NCBI GenBank assembly: GCA_041661545.1
Contig: JBAZUH010000001.1
Coordinates: forward strand, 608,148 to 672,147
From: Candidatus Staskawiczbacteria bacterium
GTDB taxonomy: Bacteria; Patescibacteriota; Minisyncoccia; Minisyncoccales; Staskawiczbacteraceae
Reading direction: 5' to 3'
Length of the DNA stretch: 64,000 bases
A program made the translations under genes and the position numbers. The notes below the pieces were generated by a model. That model made no database searches. It was not told the origin of the DNA and saw only the letters and a list, made by a program, of their open reading frames with translations. Positions 17,824 to 27,232 of the stretch are shown here, one piece after another; positions within the stretch are counted from its first letter, which is position 1; every line of letters begins with the position of its first letter.

Positions 17824-19087
17824 AAAAACAACTTTAGATAATGGGTTAAGAATTATTACAGTTCCTGTAGAAAATGCTAACAGCATTACGGTTTTAATAT
17901 TAGTTGGAACGGGTTCTAAATATGAAACAAAAGATATAAACGGAATATCTCATTTTTTAGAGCATATGTTTTTTAAAGGAACAATAAAAAGGCCAAGCAC
18001 TTTAAATATTTCAGAAACTTTAGACTCAGTTGGGGGAGAGTATAATGCTTTTACTTCTAAAGAAGTTACTGGCTTTTGGGCAAAAGTAGATAAAAAACAT
18101 GCTGATGTTGCCATAGATTGGATTTCCGATATATTTTTAAATTCTCAGTTTGACGAAAAAGAAATGGAAAGAGAGAAGGGAGTAATAATAGAAGAAGTAA
18201 ATATGTATTTAGATACTCCTACAGCTTATATAGGAGATCTTTGGGAGGAATTATTATATGGGGACCAGCCAGCTGGATGGAAAGTAATAGGAGAGAAAGA
18301 AAATATTTTAAGTTTTAATAGAGAAAAAGTTGTTGATTATTATAAATCGCACTATTCTTCTTCTAATGTAATAGTTTGTGTAGCGGGCGGAATTACTAGA
18401 GAAGAAATGGAAGAAAAAGTAAAAACTTATTTTAAGGGTATAGAAAAAAATAAAGAGGGTATAAAAGTAAAAGTAATAGAAAAACAATCTGAGCCAGAAA
18501 TTTTGTTACATTATAAAAAAACAGACCAGACCCATTTTTGCTTGGGGGTAAGAGCTTATGATTTGTTTGATGAAAGGAGATATGCCTTATCTTTATTGGC
18601 TATTATTTTAGGAGGAAATATGAGCTCTAGGCTTTTTATAAAAGTTAGAGAAAGAAATGGTTTAGCATATTCTATACATACTTCAGCAGATAGCACCACA
18701 GATGCTGGTTATTTAGTAACTCAAGCAGGCATAGATCATAAAAATTTAGAAAAATCTATAGAATTAATTTTACAAGAATATAAAGATTTAAAAGAAAACA
18801 AAATTACTGAAAAAGAATTACAAAAAGCAAAAGATTATTTAAAAGGGATAACATCTTTGTCGTTAGACTCTTCAGACTATCAGGCTTCTTTTTATGGTTT
18901 GCAAGAATTATTTGAAAAAAATATTATTACTCCAGAAGAAAAATTTGCTAAAATTGACAAAATCTCTATAGATGATATAAATAAAGTAGCAGAAGATATA
19001 TTTTTACCAGAAAAATTAAATTTAGCAGTTATTGGGCCTTATAAGGAATCAGAGTTTGATAAATTTAAGAAATTATTAAAGATTTAA
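17810..19087 (+). CDS. M16 family (insulinase-like) zinc peptidase
   Basis: The inverted zinc motif HFLEHMFFKGT. Confidence 0.85.
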   Translation: MNLYKKTTLDNGLRIITVPVENANSITVLILVGTGSKYETKDINGISHFLEHMFFKGTIKRPSTLNISETLDSVGGEYNAFTSKEVTGFWAKVDKKHADVAIDWISDIFLNSQFDEKEMEREKGVIIEEVNMYLDTPTAYIGDLWEELLYGDQPAGWKVIGEKENILSFNREKVVDYYKSHYSSSNVIVCVAGGITREEMEEKVKTYFKGIEKNKEGIKVKVIEKQSEPEILLHYKKTDQTHFCLGVRAYDLFDERRYALSLLAIILGGNMSSRLFIKVRERNGLAYSIHTSADSTTDAGYLVTQAGIDHKNLEKSIELILQEYKDLKENKITEKELQKAKDYLKGITSLSLDSSDYQASFYGLQELFEKNIITPEEKFAKIDKISIDDINKVAEDIFLPEKLNLAVIGPYKESEFDKFKKLLKI

Positions 19088-19090
19088 AAA

Positions 19091-20128
19091 ATGTCTGCAG
19101 AACAAACATTAGATATTTCATGGAAAACTATAGCTAAAATATTTGTAGCTATTTTTCTTTTTTATTTAATTTATTTAGCCAGAGACATTGCCTTATGGTT
19201 ATTTTTTGGTTTAGCTATTTCTATTTTATTGGAACCAGCAATTAATTTTTTAAGAAAATTGTGGATACCAAAAATGTTAGCTATAATCCTTGTTTATGTT
19301 TCAATTTTGGGATTATTGGGAATTTTAGTATATATAACAGCACCTATTTTTATTATTGAATTAAAGCAGTTTTCTAGCTATTTGCCCGATTACTTTAATA
19401 AAATAAGCCCAATCTTGCAACAAATGGGCGTAGATGTTGCTCAAAGTTTTAGCCAACTAACCAGTTCTTTAATAGGCGGGTTAGAACAAAGCTCTAAAGG
19501 AATAATTAGTGCAATAATAGCATTTTTTGGTGGATTAGTATCAACTTTAGTAATTATCACAATCGCTTTTTTCTTATCTTTGGAGGATAGGGGTCCAGAA
19601 AGGTTTTTGGCCTTTATTTCTCCTCAAAAATATCAAGAACACATAGTTTTATTTTTTGAAAAAGCCCAGACAAAGGTTGCTGGGTGGTTTGGGGCTAGAA
19701 TAATAGCCTGTACGTTTGTGGGAATAGGTTCATTTATAGTATTTTATATCTTTGGAGTAGAATATGCATTTTTATTGGCGCTTATCGCTGGTATTTTAAA
19801 TTTTATCCCTTATTTGGGGCCACTAGTGACAGCTATTTTATTAGTTGTATTTGTAATGGTGTCTTCTGGCTCTTGGCTCATAACATTATATGTTTTGTTG
19901 GCAGTTTGGTTGGTTCAAATAATAGAAAACAATCTTTTAACGCCATTTTTAATGAAAAAGATGATAGACTTGCCACCAGTTTTAGTTTTAATTTCTTTAT
20001 TACTTGGAGCTAAAATATTTGGATTTTTAGGAACGATTTTTATTGTCCCAATAGTTGGAATTGTATATGAATTTATTAGAGAGTTGTTAGAAGAGAGGCG
20101 CGCAAATCTACCTCAAGAAGATGCTTAA
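19091..20128 (+). CDS. AI-2E family transporter (PerM/UPF0118)
   Basis: A multi-TM protein whose length and topology are typical of the family. Confidence 0.65.
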   Translation: MSAEQTLDISWKTIAKIFVAIFLFYLIYLARDIALWLFFGLAISILLEPAINFLRKLWIPKMLAIILVYVSILGLLGILVYITAPIFIIELKQFSSYLPDYFNKISPILQQMGVDVAQSFSQLTSSLIGGLEQSSKGIISAIIAFFGGLVSTLVIITIAFFLSLEDRGPERFLAFISPQKYQEHIVLFFEKAQTKVAGWFGARIIACTFVGIGSFIVFYIFGVEYAFLLALIAGILNFIPYLGPLVTAILLVVFVMVSSGSWLITLYVLLAVWLVQIIENNLLTPFLMKKMIDLPPVLVLISLLLGAKIFGFLGTIFIVPIVGIVYEFIRELLEERRANLPQEDA

Positions 20129-20575
20129 AGCTATAGAAATTATAACTACTGCAATCTGACTAAAAATTCTCCAAAAAATGTCTGCCCAACCAGGGGAGAT
20201 TTTTTTGTATTTTAGAAAGTGAATTTTTTGGTTTAGAGTATTGTGTTTCTCAGAAAACTTATTTGGCCATAGTGCATTTAAATAAGGAAAAAAATCTGGA
20301 AGTATTGCAACAAAAGCATATAAATAGGCCGTCGGATTATTTTGTGAAAATATTAGAATTAAAATAATTCCAACTAAAATGTCAGAAAAAACTTTTATAA
20401 ATTCCGGTAACGATTTTTTCCAATGTGCTTCTAATATGTTTTTAACTTTATAGTCTATATGGGGGATTAAATCTAATAAATAATGGCTTAAAAAAGCTAG
20501 AAATAAACCTAGAAAAATATTGTTCATGAGAGAGCCCAACACAGCCCCAAATGTCATATGTACTAGTAAAATCAT
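20108..20575 (-). CDS. Hypothetical integral membrane protein (YdjM/DUF-type, tentative)
   Basis: Several TM helices with His/Asp pairs (LSHYLLDLIPHIDY). Confidence 0.4.
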   Translation of the reverse strand: MILLVHMTFGAVLGSLMNNIFLGLFLAFLSHYLLDLIPHIDYKVKNILEAHWKKSLPEFIKVFSDILVGIILILIFSQNNPTAYLYAFVAILPDFFPYLNALWPNKFSEKHNTLNQKIHFLKYKKISPGWADIFWRIFSQIAVVIISIALSIFLR

Positions 20576-20625
20576 ATGAAAGTTGATTTAAAAATGATAA
20601 AATGATTAAATAATTATATCATACT

Positions 20626-22071
20626 ATGTCAAAAAAATTCTACATAACAACAAGCATTCCTTATACTAATGCGTCGCCACACATTGGTTTTGCGTTAGAA
20701 ATAATTCAAGCAGATGTTTTAGCCCGATGGCACCGCCAACTAGGAGAGGACGTTTTTTTCTTAACAGGCACCGATGAACACGGCATAAAAACTTTAAGAG
20801 TAGCCAAAGAACTAGGAAAAGAGCCAAAACAATATGCCGATGAAGTTTCAGATAAATTTAGAAAACTTACAAAAGTTTTAAATATTTCTAATGATGATTT
20901 TATTAGAACTACCGATGAAGTTAAGCACAAGCCAGCGGTGCAAAAACTTTGGAATCAACTTAATAAAAGCGGAGATATTTATAAGAAAAAATATAAAGGT
21001 TATTATTGCCCGGGGTGCGAATCATTTAAAACAGAAAAAGAAATTGTTAATGGAGAGTGCTCTATTCACTTAAAGCCATTAGAATTGATTGAAGAAGAAA
21101 ATTATTTTTTTAAACTTTCAAAATATACAAACGATATAATCAAAGCTATTGAAAGTGACAAACTAAAAATTATTCCCGAAGGCAAAAAAAATGAAACTTT
21201 ATCTATGTTAAAACAGGGCATGGAAGATGTAAGTTTTTCTAGAGCTAAAGATAAATATTGGGGCATCCAAGTGCCCGGTGATGAGGATCAAGTAATGTAT
21301 GTTTGGTGTGATGCTTTACCCAATTATATTTCGGCTATTGGATATGACAAAGAAACTTCTCAGTTTAAAAAGTTTTGGCCAGCAGATGTTCATTGTTTAG
21401 GAAAAGACATAATGAAATTTCACACAATTTTTTGGCCAGCAATGCTTTTGTCGGCAAAATTAAAACTACCAGAAACTATTTTTGTGCATGGGTTTATAAA
21501 TGTAGATGGCCAAAAAATGTCTAAGTCTTTAGGCAATGTAATTGACCCATTTGAACTGGTAGAAAAATATGGAGTTGATGCAATAAGATATTATTTGCTT
21601 CGAGAAATTGTGTCTACGGAAGATGGTGATTTTACTTTTGAAAAATTTGAGCAGAGATACAATGCAGATTTAGCCGGTGGTATTGGTAATCTTGTTGCCC
21701 GAGTTTTAGGAATAGCAAGTAAAATTTCTAATTTTCAATTTTCAATTTCTAATAAATTATTCAATAAACAATTATCAAATAAAATAAAAGAGGTCCAGAA
21801 AAATTATAAATTATCTTTGGAAGAGTTTAAGTTTAATGAAGCTTTGGCTTTAGTATGGGAGATTATTGGTTTTTGCGATAAATATATTAATGAAGAAAAA
21901 TTATGGCAAACCCAAAATCCACAAGTTATCAGTGACTTATTTATTGCAATAAAAGAAATAGGAATATTGCTTGAACCGTTCTTGCCAGAAAGTGCCGAAA
22001 AGATAAAAAAAGCCGTTGAGAGCAAATCATCAGTAAATTTATTCCCAAGAATAATTAACGAGATAAAATAA
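20626..22071 (+). CDS. metG: Methionine--tRNA ligase (short form, no C-terminal tRNA-binding domain)
   Basis: IPYTNASPHIGFALE (HIGH), KMSKSLGN, zinc knuckle CPGCESF... Confidence 0.92.
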   Translation: MSKKFYITTSIPYTNASPHIGFALEIIQADVLARWHRQLGEDVFFLTGTDEHGIKTLRVAKELGKEPKQYADEVSDKFRKLTKVLNISNDDFIRTTDEVKHKPAVQKLWNQLNKSGDIYKKKYKGYYCPGCESFKTEKEIVNGECSIHLKPLELIEEENYFFKLSKYTNDIIKAIESDKLKIIPEGKKNETLSMLKQGMEDVSFSRAKDKYWGIQVPGDEDQVMYVWCDALPNYISAIGYDKETSQFKKFWPADVHCLGKDIMKFHTIFWPAMLLSAKLKLPETIFVHGFINVDGQKMSKSLGNVIDPFELVEKYGVDAIRYYLLREIVSTEDGDFTFEKFEQRYNADLAGGIGNLVARVLGIASKISNFQFSISNKLFNKQLSNKIKEVQKNYKLSLEEFKFNEALALVWEIIGFCDKYINEEKLWQTQNPQVISDLFIAIKEIGILLEPFLPESAEKIKKAVESKSSVNLFPRIINEIK

Positions 22072-22072
22072 T

Positions 22073-23704
22073 ATGGAAAGAAGTAGATCAGAAAATATAA
22101 ATGTTGATACTGATAATGCTGCTGGCCAGGAGGCAGGAGATTATAAAGCCTTTGCTCGTGCGGCAAAAGAAGTTGGGATTGATAAAAATGAAAGAAAGGC
22201 CATGGCCAGAAATCCCGATAAAATTTTAGAAGGTGCAAGCGAGACTGTTAAAGACTACGTAACTCCAGAATCAATTGAGATGTTTTTTTCTGCCCTGCAA
22301 CGTAAAAATGTCGGAGGGAAAGAGAATCTAGAGAGACGTGGCATAAATGCTCGCAATAGGGCCGTGCTTGGTATTGGTAATTTTTTATATAACCTTCGTC
22401 CAGATGCTAAATTTAATAGTGTTGATATAGATGATTTAAATGAAAATGATTTACGTCTTATAGCCCTATCATGTAATTTGGTAGAAAATGCTTTTTATGA
22501 TGGAAAATTATCTGCTAATTTTGCTGAGGGCGAAGCTGCACCAATAGCTTTTGTAACAAATGTTTTAGCAAAGATTTTAGAGGGAGGAGATGCAGGCCAA
22601 AAATTTAAAGGTTTTGATAAGGCTAAAGCACATAGTTTTATCGCAAAAGTAAAAAAATTTGAAGAAAGTGTTTTGTTTTCAGATGTAAAAAGTGAAGATG
22701 CAACAGCTGAAAATGAAGATTCTGCCCGCGAAGAATCTATTGAAAGAGCAGATAAAGAAATAGACGCCTTACTCGCAAAAGCAGATGGAATAATGGACGA
22801 AACGGTTTGGGAAGAATATTTTGGCAACATTGCCGAAAAGCTTATTGATGCACCTCGATTGCTTAGACAGGCAGGGATGGATTTTTATGATTTTCAGGAG
22901 GAGGACATAAGAGAGATTGCAACCGCATTACAGAATTGGGGAACAATAACCGATAATATCAAAAGTAAGTCAGAGTTTGTTAGACAAAGAATAAGTACCG
23001 GAAAAGTAATTGATGACGGGCCACTTCCAGGAAAACTTTATGGGCTAGGATCTAGATACCAAAATCGTAGAATTGATCCAGCAAAACCATATGAGCCATA
23101 TTTAGATATTCAAAGATCAGCAGACGCTATAAGTGGTTGGGCTCTTGAGATTAAACAAAAATTCGAGGGTTCTAGAATTAAAGAAACAAATAAATATAAA
23201 TCTTTTAACGAAGCAGTAAAACTTGATAGTTTAAAGAAGTTGCCTGGCATAGCAGAAGCTTTGATGGCGGTTGTTGGTGAATTGCAAGGCCCTTTGCGTG
23301 AGTATGTAGAGTGTTATCAAAAAGCAATAGAAATTTCAAATAGAAGAATAGATGGAATTAAACAAGATGAAATTTTTATTAATGGTGAGCAGAGATTATT
23401 AGAGCAGTTAGAACAAAAGCGCTCAGCAGTTGCTTATTTAATTAAATCTTGTTTGATTGTTGATGATAGGATAAATAAACATTCAGAAGATTATCGTGCG
23501 AAAAAAGAAGCTGATTTGGTGAGGGGAGTGGGTCTTAGAGAAGGAATGTTCAATATAGATCTTAGGCAAGTTGTGAATGATGAAGTGCATGAATTTTCGG
23601 GTTATTTTGATAAACCTTTTGCTAAATTACATTTTAAACCCGATGATATACCATTTGCTGTTTGGGCGATAAGATATCTAAGGTCTCTTAATGAAAAAAA
23701 ATAG
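22073..23704 (+). CDS. Hypothetical 543-aa acidic protein, no recognisable domain
   Basis: A long intact ORF that starts 2 nt after the metG stop. It is somewhat more GC-rich than the flanking genes. Confidence 0.6.
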   Translation: MERSRSENINVDTDNAAGQEAGDYKAFARAAKEVGIDKNERKAMARNPDKILEGASETVKDYVTPESIEMFFSALQRKNVGGKENLERRGINARNRAVLGIGNFLYNLRPDAKFNSVDIDDLNENDLRLIALSCNLVENAFYDGKLSANFAEGEAAPIAFVTNVLAKILEGGDAGQKFKGFDKAKAHSFIAKVKKFEESVLFSDVKSEDATAENEDSAREESIERADKEIDALLAKADGIMDETVWEEYFGNIAEKLIDAPRLLRQAGMDFYDFQEEDIREIATALQNWGTITDNIKSKSEFVRQRISTGKVIDDGPLPGKLYGLGSRYQNRRIDPAKPYEPYLDIQRSADAISGWALEIKQKFEGSRIKETNKYKSFNEAVKLDSLKKLPGIAEALMAVVGELQGPLREYVECYQKAIEISNRRIDGIKQDEIFINGEQRLLEQLEQKRSAVAYLIKSCLIVDDRINKHSEDYRAKKEADLVRGVGLREGMFNIDLRQVVNDEVHEFSGYFDKPFAKLHFKPDDIPFAVWAIRYLRSLNEKK

Positions 23705-23706
23705 TC

Positions 23707-23726
23707 AGGTTAACCATGGTTAACCT
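23707..23726. repeat. Palindrome P1 (AGGTTAAC-CATG-GTTAACCT)
   Basis: A perfect 20-nt palindrome lying 11 nt upstream of the ATG of Cys-rich paralog 1. Confidence 0.9.
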
Positions 23727-23737
23727 AAGAATAAGCT

Positions 23738-25453
23738 ATGGAAGAAAAAAGTGAAATCAAGGCATGTCAGAATTGTAAGAGCGAGTTTGTAATAGAGCCC
23801 GATGATTTTGCTTTTTATGAGAAAATGAAAGTGCCTGCGCCAACCTTTTGCCCCGAGTGCAGAACAATCAGGCGTATGACTTGGCGAAATGAGCGTACAC
23901 TCTATAAAAGAAAGTGTGATGCAACTGGCAAAGACATCATTACAATGTTTTCGCCCGAACAACCACTTGTGGTTTACGAAAGAGATTATTGGTGGTCTGA
24001 TAAATGGGACCAGCTTGCCACGGGCCTAGATTATGATTTCTCGAAGTCATTTTTTGAGCAGTTTAAAGAACTATTTGAAAAAGCTCCTTTGCCCAATTTA
24101 GCTAATTCTAATTGCGTAGATTCTGAATATGGAAACCACAATGCGCATTTAAAAAATTGTTATTTAGTGTATGCATCTTATGAGGGAGAAGATTTGTCAT
24201 ATTGCTCAGGAGCGCATAATTGTAAGAATTCTTTTGATTTATATATAGCCGGTAATGATGTGCAATGTTATGAGATTGCTATGGGTGGAGGTTTAAACAA
24301 AGTTTTTTTCTCATATGATAGCGATGAAAGTGTGAGCAGTGCTTTTTTGCATGCCTGTAAAAATGTAATAGACTCTTTGGGTTGTATAAATCTTCGCAAT
24401 AAATCTAATTGTATTTTTAATGAGCAATACACAAAAGAAGAATATTTAAAAGAACGGGCTAAATATGATTTTGGAAGCTATAGAGCAATCAACGATTTTA
24501 AAAAAAAGTTTGCTGAATTTATAAAGCAATTCCCTCGACGTCATGGTTTTACTCATAGGTCACAAAATTGTATTGGAAATATTATTTTCAACTCTAAAAA
24601 TTTATACATGTGCTTTGATATATATGGTAGGGTGGAAGATAGTAAATATGCCATTCATGGATTGGATGGGCAAGATATTTACGATGCTTATGGGTTTGGA
24701 GGAAATGCTAATAATTCTTACGAAGTTGTAGATACGGGCATTGAAGCCACGCGCAATCTTTTTGCTGTTTTTACGCACGCTAGCCAAAACACAAATTACA
24801 CTTATGCATGTCAGAATTCTAAAGATTTATTTGGATGCGTGGGGCTTAGAAACAAACAATATTGTATTTTGAATAAACAATATACTAAAGAAGAATACGA
24901 AGAACTTGTGCCCAAAATAATCCAACACATGAATGATATGCCTTATACAGATAAAAAGGGCAGGGTGTATAAATATGGTGAATTTTTTCCAGCCGAGCTT
25001 TCTCCGTTTGCATATAACGAAACTATAGCCCAAGAATATTATACAAAAACAAAACAAGAAATTTTAGATATTGGTTATAATTGGAAAGAGCCAGATGTAA
25101 AACAATATAAAATTACTATACAGCCAGAAGATTTACCAGACCATATAAAAGATGTTAAAGATGATATTTTAAATCAGGTTGTAGGTTGTGCTCATAAGGG
25201 AGAATGCAATGAGCAGTGTATGGGAGCTTTTAAAATTATTCCTTCAGAGCTTCAATTTTATAGAACAATGAATTTGGCTTTGCCAAGGTTATGTTCTAAT
25301 TGCAGGCATTATAATAGATTGCGACAACGAACTCCATTTAAGTTGTGGGATAGAAAATGTGCCAAGTGTGCAAAAGAAATTAAAACCTCTTACGCCCCAG
25401 ACAGGCCAGAAATAATTTATTGCGAGCAGTGCTACAATGCCGAAGTAGCTTAG
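23738..25453 (+). CDS. Uncharacterised Cys-rich multi-zinc-ribbon protein, paralog 1
   Basis: 571 aa with 27 Cys by my count. The N-terminal module is CQNCK..F.IEPDDFAFYEKMKVPAPTFCPECR..RR. The motif FGC(V/I)(G/N)LRNK..CI(F/L)N.QYTKEEY occurs twice internally. The C-terminal module is LCSNCRHY..R...W.RKCAKC...SYAPDRPEIIYCEQCYNAEVA. Confidence 0.85.
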   Translation: MEEKSEIKACQNCKSEFVIEPDDFAFYEKMKVPAPTFCPECRTIRRMTWRNERTLYKRKCDATGKDIITMFSPEQPLVVYERDYWWSDKWDQLATGLDYDFSKSFFEQFKELFEKAPLPNLANSNCVDSEYGNHNAHLKNCYLVYASYEGEDLSYCSGAHNCKNSFDLYIAGNDVQCYEIAMGGGLNKVFFSYDSDESVSSAFLHACKNVIDSLGCINLRNKSNCIFNEQYTKEEYLKERAKYDFGSYRAINDFKKKFAEFIKQFPRRHGFTHRSQNCIGNIIFNSKNLYMCFDIYGRVEDSKYAIHGLDGQDIYDAYGFGGNANNSYEVVDTGIEATRNLFAVFTHASQNTNYTYACQNSKDLFGCVGLRNKQYCILNKQYTKEEYEELVPKIIQHMNDMPYTDKKGRVYKYGEFFPAELSPFAYNETIAQEYYTKTKQEILDIGYNWKEPDVKQYKITIQPEDLPDHIKDVKDDILNQVVGCAHKGECNEQCMGAFKIIPSELQFYRTMNLALPRLCSNCRHYNRLRQRTPFKLWDRKCAKCAKEIKTSYAPDRPEIIYCEQCYNAEVA

Positions 25454-25476
25454 CAAAATTATAGCCAAGGCTTATT

Positions 25477-25496
25477 AGGTTGCCCACGGGCAACCT
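25477..25496. repeat. Palindrome P2 (AGGTTGCC-CACG-GGCAACCT)
   Basis: 8-bp arms and a 4-nt centre, 21 nt upstream of paralog 2. It is an identical 20-mer to P3. Confidence 0.9.
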
Positions 25497-25517
25497 GAGT
25501 AATTTAAGAAAAAAACA

Positions 25518-27227
25518 ATGGAATATAAATCAGAAAATAAAAATTGTCAGAATTGCAAAAAAGACTTTGAAATAGAGCCCGATGATTTTGCGTTTTATGA
25601 AAAAATGAAAGTACCAGCTCCAACATTTTGTTGGAAATGTAGGTTTCAAAGAAGGATGTCATATAGAAATGAGCGTAAGGCATTTTTTAATACCAGCTTA
25701 AAATCAGGTAAAAAAATCTTTTCTTTATATTCAAAGCAATCAAAAATTCCTATTTATAGCGATGACGAATGGCGCGAAGATGACTGGGATGCAATGCAAT
25801 ATGGTGTTGATTATGATTTTTCAAAACCATTTTTTGAGCAGTTTCATGATTTTTCCTTAACTGTGCCTCATTGGGGTACCTCGGGCGATATCGGCAATTT
25901 GAGATCAGAATTTATAGCTAATTCAGACTATGCCAAAGATTCATATCTTATATTTAATACAAGTCACATGGAGTCGAGTGCATATTGTAACGCATCTTTT
26001 CATTGCAGGGAAAGTTTTGATTCTACGAGTATAACCGATTGTGAGCGATCATATGAATTATTTTGGTCAATGAAATGTTATCGTACGTATTTTTCGTCTC
26101 AGTGTACTGACTGTACAAATGTTTTATTTTCAAAAAACTGTAAGGGGTGCGTAGATTGTTTTGGATGCGTTAATCTGCGCAACAAGTCACACCATATATT
26201 TAATGTTCCTTATTCTAAAGAAGAATATGAGGAAAAAGTGAAATCTTTCTTAATACATATGTTCAGCGGATGTACGGCCATTCAGAAAAAAGCTCATGAG
26301 TTTTGGCTTGGGTCTCCAGTAAAATATATGCAGGGTGTTAATAATGCAAATGTCTTAGGAGAATATATCTCTCATTCGCGCAATGTTTATATGGGGTATT
26401 TGGTTCAAGGGGGAGATAACCTTAGATATTGCCAGCATCAAACAGTTCCTGGGGCTAGTGATTCAATGGACATATCTGTTTGGGGGTCTCCAAATGAATT
26501 ATGTTATGAGAATACAACTTGTGGATATGGATGTTCTAATTCTAAATTTTGCGTAGAATGTTGGCCTGAAAATAGTAAACTGGAATACTGTATGTTTATG
26601 AAAAATTGTGCCGAATGTTTCGGGTGTTTCGGTTTGATTAACAAAAAATATTGTATATTTAATAAGCAATATAGTAAAGAAGATTATCAAAATATCGTTG
26701 AAAGAATAAAAAATCAAATGAATGAAATGCCTTATGTTGATAAAAAGGGCAGAGTGTATAAATATGGCGAGTTTTTTCCTATAGAATTGTCTCCATTTGA
26801 ATATAATACTTCTGTGGTAAACGAATATTTTCCTTTAACGCGAGAACAAGCCATAGAAGAAGGATATAGTTGGGATGATACGGCAAAAACAGAATACGAA
26901 GTTAACATAAGCGCAAATGAATTACCCGATTCAATAAAAGACGTTGAGGATGATATTATTTTAAAGCTAATCGCCTGCACTAATTGTAAAAGAGCGTATC
27001 GCATTATAAAACCCGAATTAGATTTTTTAAGGAAGGAAGGATTGCCGTTGCCAAGGTTGTGCGTTGATTGTCGATATGCAGAGAGAATTTCGCAGAGAAA
27101 TCAGGCTTTTTTATTTCATCGTCATTGTATGAAAGAAGGTTGCACTAATGAATTTGAAACATCTTACGCCCCAGACAGACCAGAAATAATTTATTGCGAG
27201 GCATGCTACAATCAAGAAGTCGCATAA
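25518..27227 (+). CDS. Uncharacterised Cys-rich multi-zinc-ribbon protein, paralog 2
   Basis: 569 aa with the same N-terminal, internal and C-terminal motifs as paralog 1. Confidence 0.85.
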   Translation: MEYKSENKNCQNCKKDFEIEPDDFAFYEKMKVPAPTFCWKCRFQRRMSYRNERKAFFNTSLKSGKKIFSLYSKQSKIPIYSDDEWREDDWDAMQYGVDYDFSKPFFEQFHDFSLTVPHWGTSGDIGNLRSEFIANSDYAKDSYLIFNTSHMESSAYCNASFHCRESFDSTSITDCERSYELFWSMKCYRTYFSSQCTDCTNVLFSKNCKGCVDCFGCVNLRNKSHHIFNVPYSKEEYEEKVKSFLIHMFSGCTAIQKKAHEFWLGSPVKYMQGVNNANVLGEYISHSRNVYMGYLVQGGDNLRYCQHQTVPGASDSMDISVWGSPNELCYENTTCGYGCSNSKFCVECWPENSKLEYCMFMKNCAECFGCFGLINKKYCIFNKQYSKEDYQNIVERIKNQMNEMPYVDKKGRVYKYGEFFPIELSPFEYNTSVVNEYFPLTREQAIEEGYSWDDTAKTEYEVNISANELPDSIKDVEDDIILKLIACTNCKRAYRIIKPELDFLRKEGLPLPRLCVDCRYAERISQRNQAFLFHRHCMKEGCTNEFETSYAPDRPEIIYCEACYNQEVA

Positions 27228-27232
27228 AAAAT

